This document shows positions 1 to 8,152 of a stretch of 25,442 bases of DNA, piece after piece. The position numbers and the translations under genes are program-made. The notes beneath the pieces were generated by a model, which was not told where the DNA came from, ran no database searches, and was given only the letters and a program-made list of their open reading frames with translations. The first letter of the stretch is position 1, and each line of letters begins with the position of its first letter. Location of the stretch: positions 1 through 25,442 of the forward strand of contig DAOWCR010000001.1 of assembly GCA_030639445.1 (NCBI GenBank), read 5' to 3'. This DNA is from Dehalococcoidales bacterium (GTDB taxonomy: Bacteria > Chloroflexota > Dehalococcoidia > Dehalococcoidales > RBG-16-60-22).

Positions 1-117
1 AATGAAGAAAAAACCGGCAAAGATGATAGAGGCGCCAGCGATAATGATAACAATCCAGATGCCGGGCATAAAAAGTCCTTTCGCTTTTACCACACTCTCC
101 CCCACAGGAGACCTCAT
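1..117 (-). CDS. N-terminus of a putative membrane protein, truncated at window edge (start ATG at 69 or 117)
   Basis: Minus frame reads (MRSPVGESVVKAKGLF)MPGIWIVIIIAGASIIFAGFFFI, a hydrophobic helix. AAGGA precedes ATG 69 and GGAG precedes ATG 117. In-frame TGA at 142-144 bounds it. Confidence 0.4.
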   Translation of the reverse strand, partial: MRSPVGESVVKAKGLFMPGIWIVIIIAGASIIFAGFFFI

Positions 118-190
118 TGGCACTCCCGCTGACGCATATCGTCATTGGCCTCAGCCCAACCCGCAACCAGCCGGAACTTACTTGATAAGA

Positions 191-970
191 CTACACGTCC
201 GGCCTGACGAAACCGGGATGGAGAGCCGAAGTTCCACCATCAACAGTTATCTCCTGCCCGGTGATATCATCAGATTCCGAAGAAGACAGGAACAGGACGG
301 CGTCGGCGATATCCTCTGTTCTTGCTGCTCGTCTTAAAGGTATTCTCTCGATATAACCTTTGAGCAAATCGGGTTTTTCTTTGAAGGCACTCTCAGCCAG
401 GGATGTCATGGTTATGCCCGGACTAACCGCATTAACATTAATATTGTATTCTCCCCACTCGACAGCCAACACCTTAGTCAGCTGCAGCACGCCGCCTTTA
501 CTGGCACCATATGCTGCCAGGCCGGGCATGGCGACACGTCCCGATAGTGCGGCAATATTAACAATCTTGCCCCGTTTTTGCGCAATCATATATTTAGCCA
601 CCGCCTGGCTGCACAAGAACTGCCCTTTCAGATTGACATCTATGATGCTATCCCACTGGGCCTCAGTTATTTCCATAGCCGGGATGAGTTTTCCAAAACC
701 AGCATTATTGACCAGTATGTCTATTTTCTTAAAGCTATCCAGCGTTTCTTGCACCAGTTTATTAACTTCTTCACCATTGGACACGTCCGCTTTTACCGGT
801 CGTGCCCGGCCTCCCCGGGATTTAATCTCACCGGCTACCTGCTCGGCCGATTCAAGGTTTACATCATTGACGACTACGGCGGCGCCTTCCCTGGCCAGTG
901 TGAGCGCAATCGCCCGGCCGATTCCCCGGCCAGCCCCGGTGACGATGGCTACCTGTCTTTCCAGTCTCAT
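191..970 (-). CDS. Classical short-chain dehydrogenase/reductase (FabG/gluconate 5-dehydrogenase-like)
   Basis: TGAGRGIG, NNAG and YGASK motifs; RBS GGGGAGG. The catalytic Ser position reads Ala (NIAA). Confidence 0.92.
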   Translation of the reverse strand: MRLERQVAIVTGAGRGIGRAIALTLAREGAAVVVNDVNLESAEQVAGEIKSRGGRARPVKADVSNGEEVNKLVQETLDSFKKIDILVNNAGFGKLIPAMEITEAQWDSIIDVNLKGQFLCSQAVAKYMIAQKRGKIVNIAALSGRVAMPGLAAYGASKGGVLQLTKVLAVEWGEYNINVNAVSPGITMTSLAESAFKEKPDLLKGYIERIPLRRAARTEDIADAVLFLSSSESDDITGQEITVDGGTSALHPGFVRPDV

Positions 971-1037
971 TTTTAATTTCCTCCCCCCTTATTATAATCA
1001 GTGCCGTGCTCAACATCAGCACGACTCAGTAATGGTC

Positions 1038-1066
1038 ACTTTAAGCAGTGGCCAGAGTTTTGTCAA
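1038..1066 (-). promoter_or_regulatory. Sigma70-type promoter for the SDR gene
   Basis: TTGACA (1066-1061), 17 nt, TAAAGT (1043-1038). Confidence 0.55.
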
Positions 1067-1086
1067 GAGCGCCAGAGTCGGTCAAG
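1051..1086. repeat. Imperfect direct repeat GCCAGAGT-N2/3-GTCAAG
   Basis: gccagagttttgtcaag (1051-1067) and gccagagtcggtcaag (1071-1086), 20 bp apart. Confidence 0.6.
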
Positions 1087-1113
1087 CACCGCGCCCTGAT
1101 ATATCCGGTGCCT

Positions 1114-1141
1114 TTGTTAAATAAAAACGCTGTGCTATAAT
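1114..1141 (+). promoter_or_regulatory. Promoter of the FAH-mttB operon
   Basis: TTGTTA (1114-1119), 16 nt, extended -10 TGcTATAAT (1133-1141). Confidence 0.6.
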
Positions 1142-1185
1142 TGGCATATCCGCATACCGCCGGGAAAAATTAAGGAGGGTTAGCT

Positions 1186-1950
1186 GTGAAAATCGCACGT
1201 TTCCAGTGGCAGGGTAAGGTGAACTGGGGCATCGTCGAGGACGATACCATATTTGCCCTGGTCGGTGACCTTTATGGCGACTTCACCCGGGGTAAGGAGC
1301 TGTGCCGGCTGCCGGACGTCAGGCTGCTGGCGCCGGCGGAACCCAGTATTACCATCGCCTGCGGGCTGAACTACCTGGACCACATCAAGGAGCTGGGCTT
1401 TGAAATACCCAAGGTGCCGGCCCTGTTTTATAAGCCGACCACCACGGTAATTGGCCCCGGGGACAACATCATCTATCCGGCGATAGCCCATGACCTCCGC
1501 TACGAAGCGGAGCTGTGTGCCGTCATCAAGCGCCCGGCCAAAAACGTGACCGAAAAAGACGCGATGGACTACGTCCTGGGCTATACCGGCGGCAACGACG
1601 TCACGGCGATGGACCTGTCCGAGATAGACGGCCGCCTTACCAGGTCAAAGGGATGCGACACCTGCGGTCCCCTGGGCCCCTTCCTGGTCACCGGACTCAA
1701 CCCCCGCAACCTGAACATCAAGGGCCGGGTCAACGGGGAGACCAGGCAGGACAGCAATACCAGTCTCATGCTTTTCAGCATTGAGAAGCTCATCAGCCAT
1801 ATCTCCGCCTTCTTGACCCTGCGTCCCGGGGACGTGGTCTGGACGGGGACACCCGTCGGCGGGGCCTGCCCGGTGAAAGTAGGTGATATCATAGAGGTTG
1901 AGATTGAGGGCATCGGCGTTCTCCAGAACAAGCTGGTGGCTCCAGAATAG
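1186..1950 (+). CDS. Fumarylacetoacetate hydrolase (FAH) family protein
   Basis: GTG start after AAGGAGG; motifs GLNYLDH, FYKP, YEAEL, GYTxxNDVT, GPLGP, LRPGDVVWTGTP. Confidence 0.92.
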   Translation: MKIARFQWQGKVNWGIVEDDTIFALVGDLYGDFTRGKELCRLPDVRLLAPAEPSITIACGLNYLDHIKELGFEIPKVPALFYKPTTTVIGPGDNIIYPAIAHDLRYEAELCAVIKRPAKNVTEKDAMDYVLGYTGGNDVTAMDLSEIDGRLTRSKGCDTCGPLGPFLVTGLNPRNLNIKGRVNGETRQDSNTSLMLFSIEKLISHISAFLTLRPGDVVWTGTPVGGACPVKVGDIIEVEIEGIGVLQNKLVAPE

Positions 1951-2004
1951 GACAAGCGGCGCCAGCGAAATATTCTTCATTCCAGAAAAGGAGGTAGGCC
2001 CAAA

Positions 2005-3465
2005 ATGGGGAACACCAAGAGCAATTTCACCGTGTCGGCTTCTCCCCGGTTCCGGCTGCTGACGGACGACCAGATTTACGAGATTTACCTGGCGGCGCTC
2101 GAAGTGCTGGAGAGGACCGGCGTCGATGTTTTCGATGAGGAATGCGTCGACCTGCTGGCCAGTGCCGGCAGCCATGTCGAGGGTAAGAGCCGGGTACGCA
2201 TTCCTTCCCACCTGGTCGAGGACGCCCTGAAGAGTGCCCCGAAAAGGGTAACGCTGGCAAGTCGGGACGGGCAGCGGAAAGTACTCCTGGAAGGGAGGAA
2301 TACCTACTTCGGGACCGGCTCGGACTGTCCCTATATCATTGACTCTTTCACCGGCGAGAGGCGGATGTTCACCAAGGAGGACGTGGGGAAGGCAGCGCTA
2401 ATCTGCGATTACCTGCCTAATTTAGATTTTTTCATGAGCGTGGGCCTGGTGTCCGATGTGCCGACACCGGTCTCGGACCGCCACCAGTTCCAGGCCATGC
2501 TGCTGAACACGGTCAAGCCCATCATCTTCACCGCTCACGATGAATCGGGGATGGCCGATATCATTGAGATGGCCGCGATTGCGGCCGGCGGCCGGGAGAA
2601 GCTGCGCCGCAATCCCTGCATTGCCCTCTATGCCGAGCCAACCAGCCCCCTCCAGCACAGCCAGCCGGCCCTGCGGAAACTGCTGCTGGCGGCCCAGGAG
2701 AGTATCCCCGTGGTCTACACCCCGGGCCACACGGGTGGTGGGACCGCCCCGGTTACTCTGCCCAGCGTCCTGGTGGTCAACAACGCCGAGGTACTGAGCG
2801 GCCTGGTGATATCACAGCTCAGACAGAAGGGGGCGCCTTTCATCTGCGGCGGCCTGCCCACCATCCTCGACATGAAGACCGCCATCTTCGCTTACGGGGC
2901 TCCGGAGATGCACCTGGGCTCCGCCGCCCTGGCCGAGCTAGCCCACTTTTACCGGCTGCCCATGTTTGGCACCGCCGGGTGCAGTGACGCCAAGGTAATG
3001 GACCAGCAGGCGGCCATCGAATCAGCTTTTTCCTGCCTCATGTCGGCGCTGAGCGGGGCCAACCTAGTCCACGACACCGGCTACATAGAATACGGCCTGA
3101 CCGGCTCCTACGAAATGATGGTGATGACCAACGAGATTATCGCTATGGTCAAAAGGATTATACGGGGGATGGAGGTCAACGAAGAAAGCCTGGCCCTGGA
3201 CGTTATCGCCAGGGTGGGGCCGGGCGGGAATTTTATACATGAGAAGCATACCCTCCACCATTTCCGGAAGGAACACTGGAATCCTGAGCTTATGGACCGG
3301 AGCAGCTACGGGAAGTGGCGGCAAGACGGGAGCAAGACTTTGGGGCAAAGGGCCAACGAGAAGGTGAAGCAGATTCTGGTGGAATACCACCCCAAGCCGC
3401 TTTCGCCGGAACAGCTGAAGCAAATCGAGGCTGTAATCACCCGGGCCGAATCAAGAAAGAAGTAA
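2005..3465 (+). CDS. mttB: Trimethylamine methyltransferase (MttB) superfamily protein, non-pyrrolysine
   Basis: 486 aa with MttB-type segments: N-terminal EIYLAALEVLERTGV, EPTSPLQH, FAYGAPE, GCSDAKVMDQQA, SGANLVHDTG, VGPGGNF. No in-frame TAG. The symbol denotes the family; substrate is unknown. Confidence 0.88.
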   Translation: MGNTKSNFTVSASPRFRLLTDDQIYEIYLAALEVLERTGVDVFDEECVDLLASAGSHVEGKSRVRIPSHLVEDALKSAPKRVTLASRDGQRKVLLEGRNTYFGTGSDCPYIIDSFTGERRMFTKEDVGKAALICDYLPNLDFFMSVGLVSDVPTPVSDRHQFQAMLLNTVKPIIFTAHDESGMADIIEMAAIAAGGREKLRRNPCIALYAEPTSPLQHSQPALRKLLLAAQESIPVVYTPGHTGGGTAPVTLPSVLVVNNAEVLSGLVISQLRQKGAPFICGGLPTILDMKTAIFAYGAPEMHLGSAALAELAHFYRLPMFGTAGCSDAKVMDQQAAIESAFSCLMSALSGANLVHDTGYIEYGLTGSYEMMVMTNEIIAMVKRIIRGMEVNEESLALDVIARVGPGGNFIHEKHTLHHFRKEHWNPELMDRSSYGKWRQDGSKTLGQRANEKVKQILVEYHPKPLSPEQLKQIEAVITRAESRKK

Positions 3466-3481
3466 AACAGAGATATCTATA

Positions 3482-3499
3482 CCGGGGCTAAAGCTCCGG
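3482..3499. terminator. Hairpin between convergent mttB and oxidoreductase genes
   Basis: ccggggc-taaa-gctccgg, 7-bp stem with one G-U on the + strand; no clear U-tract. Confidence 0.3.
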
Positions 3500-4618
3500 C
3501 CTAACACTATATTTGGCAATAAGCCTCTTGCCCACGGCAACCAGTTCCTTGGCTATATCATCCATATCCGCAAAGCGATATTCCCTCAAGTCGAGTCCGT
3601 AGAGCTCCCTCTGTATGTTATACGCCTCACTGGTGAGAACAACCGTTCCGTCGTCTTTTATTTCCTCTACGCCTTCATACTTTAAGCCATCAAGGTTGAT
3701 TTTTATCGCCTCCTCCATGGTAATTTCCTCAGGTAGCACTACCTCAACACCGCTGGCATTGATGCGGATGGGATAACCCCCGGGTAAGCCGTTCGGACCA
3801 GGTGCGTGAGCAAACTGGTTGGTGTCGTTGATAATAGCCATGATGTTCCTCACTGCGGAAGCAGCGACATAAGGTTCATTAAGCCAGGTCGTCCAATCAG
3901 GCGGCGTCGCCATAAGAAGACTATCTGATATCAATGAATTGACATCGAATTTACTGGTGATATTTTTATCACCAGTTAGAACCTTGAAGAAAAATGGCAC
4001 ACCTGTCCTGGTGCCCTGAGAAACGACAGCATGGTCAGCGATAAAATATACGGTAATTTCACGTATTGGAACGCTTTCGGCAACACTGATTTTTCTCCGG
4101 ACTTCACTCACTGTGAGGTCAAGATTACCCGCGCCAACCAGCGGACCCAGGCCATTTCTCCATAACACCGGGTTGACGACGTCCGGGAAAGAATTGTTAA
4201 CTACCGGCGCGGTGATACCGGCTTTCTGTCTGGCCTTCATCAGATTAGAGACTAGTACTACCTGCAGAGGCGTAAGACATACCGTCGCCCTGTGGTATCC
4301 TGGGCCAATTGCCTGCGGGATAACTCTGAGCTCCAGCCACCCTAATAATGTCAGGGCACTGTATATTACGTCAGGGTTATACCTTTTCAGCAACTCGGCA
4401 GTTCCGTCTATATCATTCACGTCACACTTTTCGAACTTAATCGTCTTGTCATAACCCTGCTGGCCGGCGCCGATGGCGGCACACTCCGTTTTCATGGCGG
4501 CCCAATCTTCTTTAATATCACAGGTAATTATGGTGCTTACCCCCTGGCAGCGGGACAGGAACTCCAGCACCCAGCCGCCGAGGTCACCAAGGCCGAAAAT
4601 CATAACGCACTTACTCAT
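3488..4618 (-). CDS. Uncharacterised NAD(P)-binding Rossmann-fold oxidoreductase (saccharopine dehydrogenase-like / remote LDH-MDH-like)
   Basis: N-terminal GLGDLG, Asp at end of beta2 (TCDI), NNSFPDVVNP, GAGNLD, DH, C-terminal PGGYPIRINASGVEV. Confidence 0.75.
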   Translation of the reverse strand: MSKCVMIFGLGDLGGWVLEFLSRCQGVSTIITCDIKEDWAAMKTECAAIGAGQQGYDKTIKFEKCDVNDIDGTAELLKRYNPDVIYSALTLLGWLELRVIPQAIGPGYHRATVCLTPLQVVLVSNLMKARQKAGITAPVVNNSFPDVVNPVLWRNGLGPLVGAGNLDLTVSEVRRKISVAESVPIREITVYFIADHAVVSQGTRTGVPFFFKVLTGDKNITSKFDVNSLISDSLLMATPPDWTTWLNEPYVAASAVRNIMAIINDTNQFAHAPGPNGLPGGYPIRINASGVEVVLPEEITMEEAIKINLDGLKYEGVEEIKDDGTVVLTSEAYNIQRELYGLDLREYRFADMDDIAKELVAVGKRLIAKYSVRPEL

Positions 4619-6394
4619 TCAGTACCCCCTTTGGCTTCTAAACTCCCCGCCGCGGGCCTCTTTCCACGCCCCGGCTTTCCGGACGAGTTCGCGGGCATTT
4701 CTCAGGGACGCCTCGGTGCGCTGAGGACCGCCCAGCATGACAGCAAGCTCCCCCATTTGAGAATCGCCCTGGAGAGTCTGGATTATGCTTAAAGTCCGGC
4801 GGCCCGCGGTCTCCTTATGGACATTATAGTGGGCGTCGGCAAAAGCGGCGATTTGCGGGAGATGGGTCACGCAAATCACCTGGCGGTTACGGCCTAAAGT
4901 CCACAGCTTTCGGCCGACTATCTCACCACTCCTCCCGCCGACACCGATGTCAATTTCATCAAAAATAAGCACCGGGATGCTGTCCGCCTCAGCCAGAGCT
5001 CCTTTTAAGGCCAGCATGAAGCGGGAAATCTCGCCGGTGGAGGCAATCTTGGCCAGAGGTTTCAGGGGCTCGCCGGGATTGGTGGCCGCCATGAACTCCA
5101 CGCGGTCGGCGCCTTCTTTGGTGAAAGCGTAACACTCCCCATCCGGAAAGAGAATGCCTTCCGGCGCCGGTTCCCGGGTGACCGCTACTTCAAATTCAAC
5201 CTGGGACATGTTCAGGTCCTGAAGCTCTTTTTTCACCTGGGCCATCAGCTTTTCCGCCGCTTCACCGCGCGCCCGGGAAAGCTCAAAGGCGATGCCGCCC
5301 ATTTCCTCCTTAAGGTGATGGCGCCTTTCCTCAAGCTGGGCCCGTTTTTCAACCGAATGGGAAAGTCCCTCCAGCTCTTTCTCCGCCTTTGCCAGGTAAT
5401 CGAGAATCTCGGTCACCGTTTGACCGTATTTCCTTTTCAGACTCCGGATGCCCTCCAGCCGCAGCTCAATCGCCTCAAGTTGTCTCGGGTCATACTCCTG
5501 CCGGTCGCTATAGGCTCGAATCTCCCGCGCCACCTCGGTCAGGCCGGATATTGTCTCTTCCAAAAACTCCAGCGGCGGTCTCAGGGAAGCGTCAAGCTCC
5601 GCCACTTTTTTCACCTCAAGCACGGCTTCATTTAACCGGTCCAGAGCCGGGGCGGCTGACAGCGAAGACTCGTCTCCGTATATCGCCCGGTAGGCTTCAT
5701 AAGAAGCCGCTTTCAGCTTCTCCGCCGAGGCCAGAATCGCCCGTTCTCTTTCCAGTTCCGCCTCCTCCTCTTCCCGCAGCTCCGCCTGCCGTATCTCGTC
5801 TATTTGAAAACGCAGGAATTCCTCACGACGCGCCAGGTCGTTTTCCTGCTCGGCAAGCGCCTTGAGCTCCTGCTCCGCCTGAGCCAGTTGCCGCGCCCTG
5901 GCGGTGAAGCCGCGCCGCAGTTCCAGGGTCCGGGCGTAGGCATCCAGAAAATCAAGGTGGTAATCAATGTTAAGTAAAGACAGGTGTTCACTCTGACCGT
6001 GGATATCAATGAGGAAACGTCCGATTTGCTGCAGGAGTCCTCTCGGCACGGCCTGCCGGTTCACGCGAAACAGGCGGCGTCCCTGCCGGCGAAACTCGCC
6101 GTTTATCACCAGAAGTTCTTCATCGCCGGCCAGTCCGTTCTGCGCCAGAAGCTCCCGGAGCGGGGTAAAGCTCTCATCTTCAGGCAGGGAGAAAACGCCT
6201 TCCAGGCGGGCTTCCGCGGCGCCGTGGCGGACAGCTTCACCGCGCACGTTCCCGGCCAGCAGCGCTTCCACGGCATCAATCACCAGAGATTTCCCGGCCC
6301 CGGTTTCACCGGTGATAACGTTCAGCCCGCTACCCGGGCTCCAGTTTATCTCCTCAATAATGCCGAAGTCTTTGACTCTCAGTTCAAGCAGCAA
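4619..6394 (-). CDS. recN: DNA repair protein RecN
   Basis: TTG start; Walker A GETGAGKS, IDIHGQSEH, coiled coil, ASTGE signature, Walker B LIFDEID, VTHLPQIA. Confidence 0.96.
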   Translation of the reverse strand: MLLELRVKDFGIIEEINWSPGSGLNVITGETGAGKSLVIDAVEALLAGNVRGEAVRHGAAEARLEGVFSLPEDESFTPLRELLAQNGLAGDEELLVINGEFRRQGRRLFRVNRQAVPRGLLQQIGRFLIDIHGQSEHLSLLNIDYHLDFLDAYARTLELRRGFTARARQLAQAEQELKALAEQENDLARREEFLRFQIDEIRQAELREEEEAELERERAILASAEKLKAASYEAYRAIYGDESSLSAAPALDRLNEAVLEVKKVAELDASLRPPLEFLEETISGLTEVAREIRAYSDRQEYDPRQLEAIELRLEGIRSLKRKYGQTVTEILDYLAKAEKELEGLSHSVEKRAQLEERRHHLKEEMGGIAFELSRARGEAAEKLMAQVKKELQDLNMSQVEFEVAVTREPAPEGILFPDGECYAFTKEGADRVEFMAATNPGEPLKPLAKIASTGEISRFMLALKGALAEADSIPVLIFDEIDIGVGGRSGEIVGRKLWTLGRNRQVICVTHLPQIAAFADAHYNVHKETAGRRTLSIIQTLQGDSQMGELAVMLGGPQRTEASLRNARELVRKAGAWKEARGGEFRSQRGY

Positions 6395-6459
6395 CGTCTT
6401 CCCCTGAAATCCGAAGGGCGGACTTTATCCGGACAGGCCTTACATCTCGGTCGCTCTGG

Positions 6460-6480
6460 CCCTAATTATCCCTAATTATA
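6460..6480 (-). promoter_or_regulatory. 10-bp tandem repeat CCCTAATTAT x2 overlapping a -10 box upstream of recN
   Basis: Copies at 6460-6469 and 6470-6479; minus-strand TATAAT at 6480-6475. Confidence 0.45.
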
Positions 6481-6500
6481 CCTTCTGCGGGGCATAACTG

Positions 6501-6533
6501 AAAATACCCGGCAATTCCGGCCAGGCTTTTTTT
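6501..6533 (-). terminator. Probable intrinsic terminator after the aminoacylase gene
   Basis: Minus strand: A7-gcctggc-cggaatt-gccgggt-atttt, 7-bp stem with two G-U pairs. Confidence 0.4.
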
Positions 6534-6568
6534 ATTTAGTAGGGACTGACGGTGAGCATCTGGCGGGG

Positions 6569-8128
6569 CTACTTTCTGAGCAGCGCGCGGCCGTTCCGCA
6601 GCCCGGTATGTTTTCCCCCGTCCACCACGACGGCACCATTGACCAGCACGTAGTCAATCCCGACCGGATACTCTTTGGGGGTGTCAAACGTGGCTTTATC
6701 CAGCACGGTCTCCGGATTAAAGACGACCAGGTCAGCCGCCAGGCCTTCCTTCACCAGTCCGCGGTCATTCAGGGCAAGGCACTGTGCCGGTGCCGCCGTC
6801 AGGTGACGGATAACTTCCTCCAGGCCCAGTACGCCCAATTCACGATGGTATACTCCCAGGTAACGGGCGAAAGTGCCCCAGGCCCGCGGGTTGGGCTTGT
6901 CCCCGATGAGGATACCATCGCTGCCCGCCGTGTGGCACGGATGTTTCATCATAACCCGCATATCGTCCTCAACGCCGGAAAAACTGAGGTAGCCCACTCC
7001 CAGCCCCTCCTCCAGCAGCAGGTCGCAGACGAAGCCGGCGACCTCCTTGCCGGCCATGCCGGCCGCCTCCAGCAGGTTTTTCCCCACGTAAATCTTATTT
7101 TTCCCGGTGGACACTGCGGTTAATACATACTGTTCCCAGTCCGGGGATTCCGCGCGCATATCGGCGCAGATTTTCTCTTTTGTTTTCGGCTGTGCCAATC
7201 TTTCCAGGATAGCCTCAGGCCCGCCTTCATGGACCCAGCGCGGCAAGAGAATAATCAGCATGGTACTGGCCGCGGTGTAAGGATAAGAATCGAAGGTAAC
7301 ATCAAGGCCTTTTTGCCTGGCCTCATCCACCTTGGCCAGCATCTCTCCGGATTTACCCCGGTTGGCCTGACCCTGAACGGAATAATGAGAGAAATGCGTT
7401 TTTACTCCGGTCTTCTCGGCGATGCCGATGACCTCCTCTATCGCCTCAATCAAGCCGAGGTCCCGCCTTCGCGTGTGCCACACCGATACGCCATGGTACT
7501 CCGCGACCACCTCGCATATCCTGATTAATTCCTCCTCGTTGGCGTAACGGCCGGGAAAGTAATCAAGGCCGGTGGAAAAGCCGACAGCCCCCGCGCGCAT
7601 CCCCTGGGCCATTATTTCCTGCATCCTGGCCAGTTCCCCGGCGGTGGCGGTCCGGTCAACAAAGCCCGTTACCTCCAGCCGGAGGGCATTATGCGGCACG
7701 AGGTAAGCCACATTAACCGCTACCTGACGGTCAAAACGGGCAAGGTACTCGCTCACCGAGCTCCAGTCCCAGGAAATGTCCGGGCTGCCGTTAAGTCCGG
7801 AAAGATAGCGCCGCATCATCTGTAGATTGGCCGGGGACAGCGGCGCATAAGACAGCCCGTCCAGCCCCAGCAGGTCAGTGGTTACTCCCTGCCTAACCTT
7901 CGGCTCGTTTCCCGGATTGGCCAGGAGCATGACATCCGAATGGGTATGCATATCGATAAAGCCCGGGCACACCGCCCGGCCTTCGGCCTCGATGACCCGG
8001 CGGGCCTCCGCCCGGTCGAGCTTCCCGATGGCGGCAATCTTCTCCCCGCAGATACCAACATCCCCCCGGTACCACGGACTCGCCGAACCGTCTATAATGC
8101 GTCCTCCCCGGATAACCAGGTCAAACAT
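6569..8128 (-). CDS. N-acyl-D-amino-acid deacylase (D-aminoacylase)-like amidohydrolase
   Basis: PGFIDMHTHSD, QGVTT, GAVGFSTGLDY, WHTR, FSH, GSDG, PRAWGTF, GLAADLVVF, GIDYVLVNG; RBS AAGGAGG. Confidence 0.9.
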   Translation of the reverse strand: MFDLVIRGGRIIDGSASPWYRGDVGICGEKIAAIGKLDRAEARRVIEAEGRAVCPGFIDMHTHSDVMLLANPGNEPKVRQGVTTDLLGLDGLSYAPLSPANLQMMRRYLSGLNGSPDISWDWSSVSEYLARFDRQVAVNVAYLVPHNALRLEVTGFVDRTATAGELARMQEIMAQGMRAGAVGFSTGLDYFPGRYANEEELIRICEVVAEYHGVSVWHTRRRDLGLIEAIEEVIGIAEKTGVKTHFSHYSVQGQANRGKSGEMLAKVDEARQKGLDVTFDSYPYTAASTMLIILLPRWVHEGGPEAILERLAQPKTKEKICADMRAESPDWEQYVLTAVSTGKNKIYVGKNLLEAAGMAGKEVAGFVCDLLLEEGLGVGYLSFSGVEDDMRVMMKHPCHTAGSDGILIGDKPNPRAWGTFARYLGVYHRELGVLGLEEVIRHLTAAPAQCLALNDRGLVKEGLAADLVVFNPETVLDKATFDTPKEYPVGIDYVLVNGAVVVDGGKHTGLRNGRALLRK

Positions 8129-8152
8129 AGCGGTGCCTCCTTAACCTTTTGG

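Noticed and set aside
2005-3465. Pyrrolysine-dependent trimethylamine methyltransferase
   Set aside because: No in-frame TAG; Cys occupies the site; TAG is a frequent true stop here.
6395-6568. Riboswitch or ncRNA in the recN leader and other intergenic gaps
   Set aside because: Only short weak stems; no cobalamin, SAM, glycine or T-box consensus recognisable by eye.
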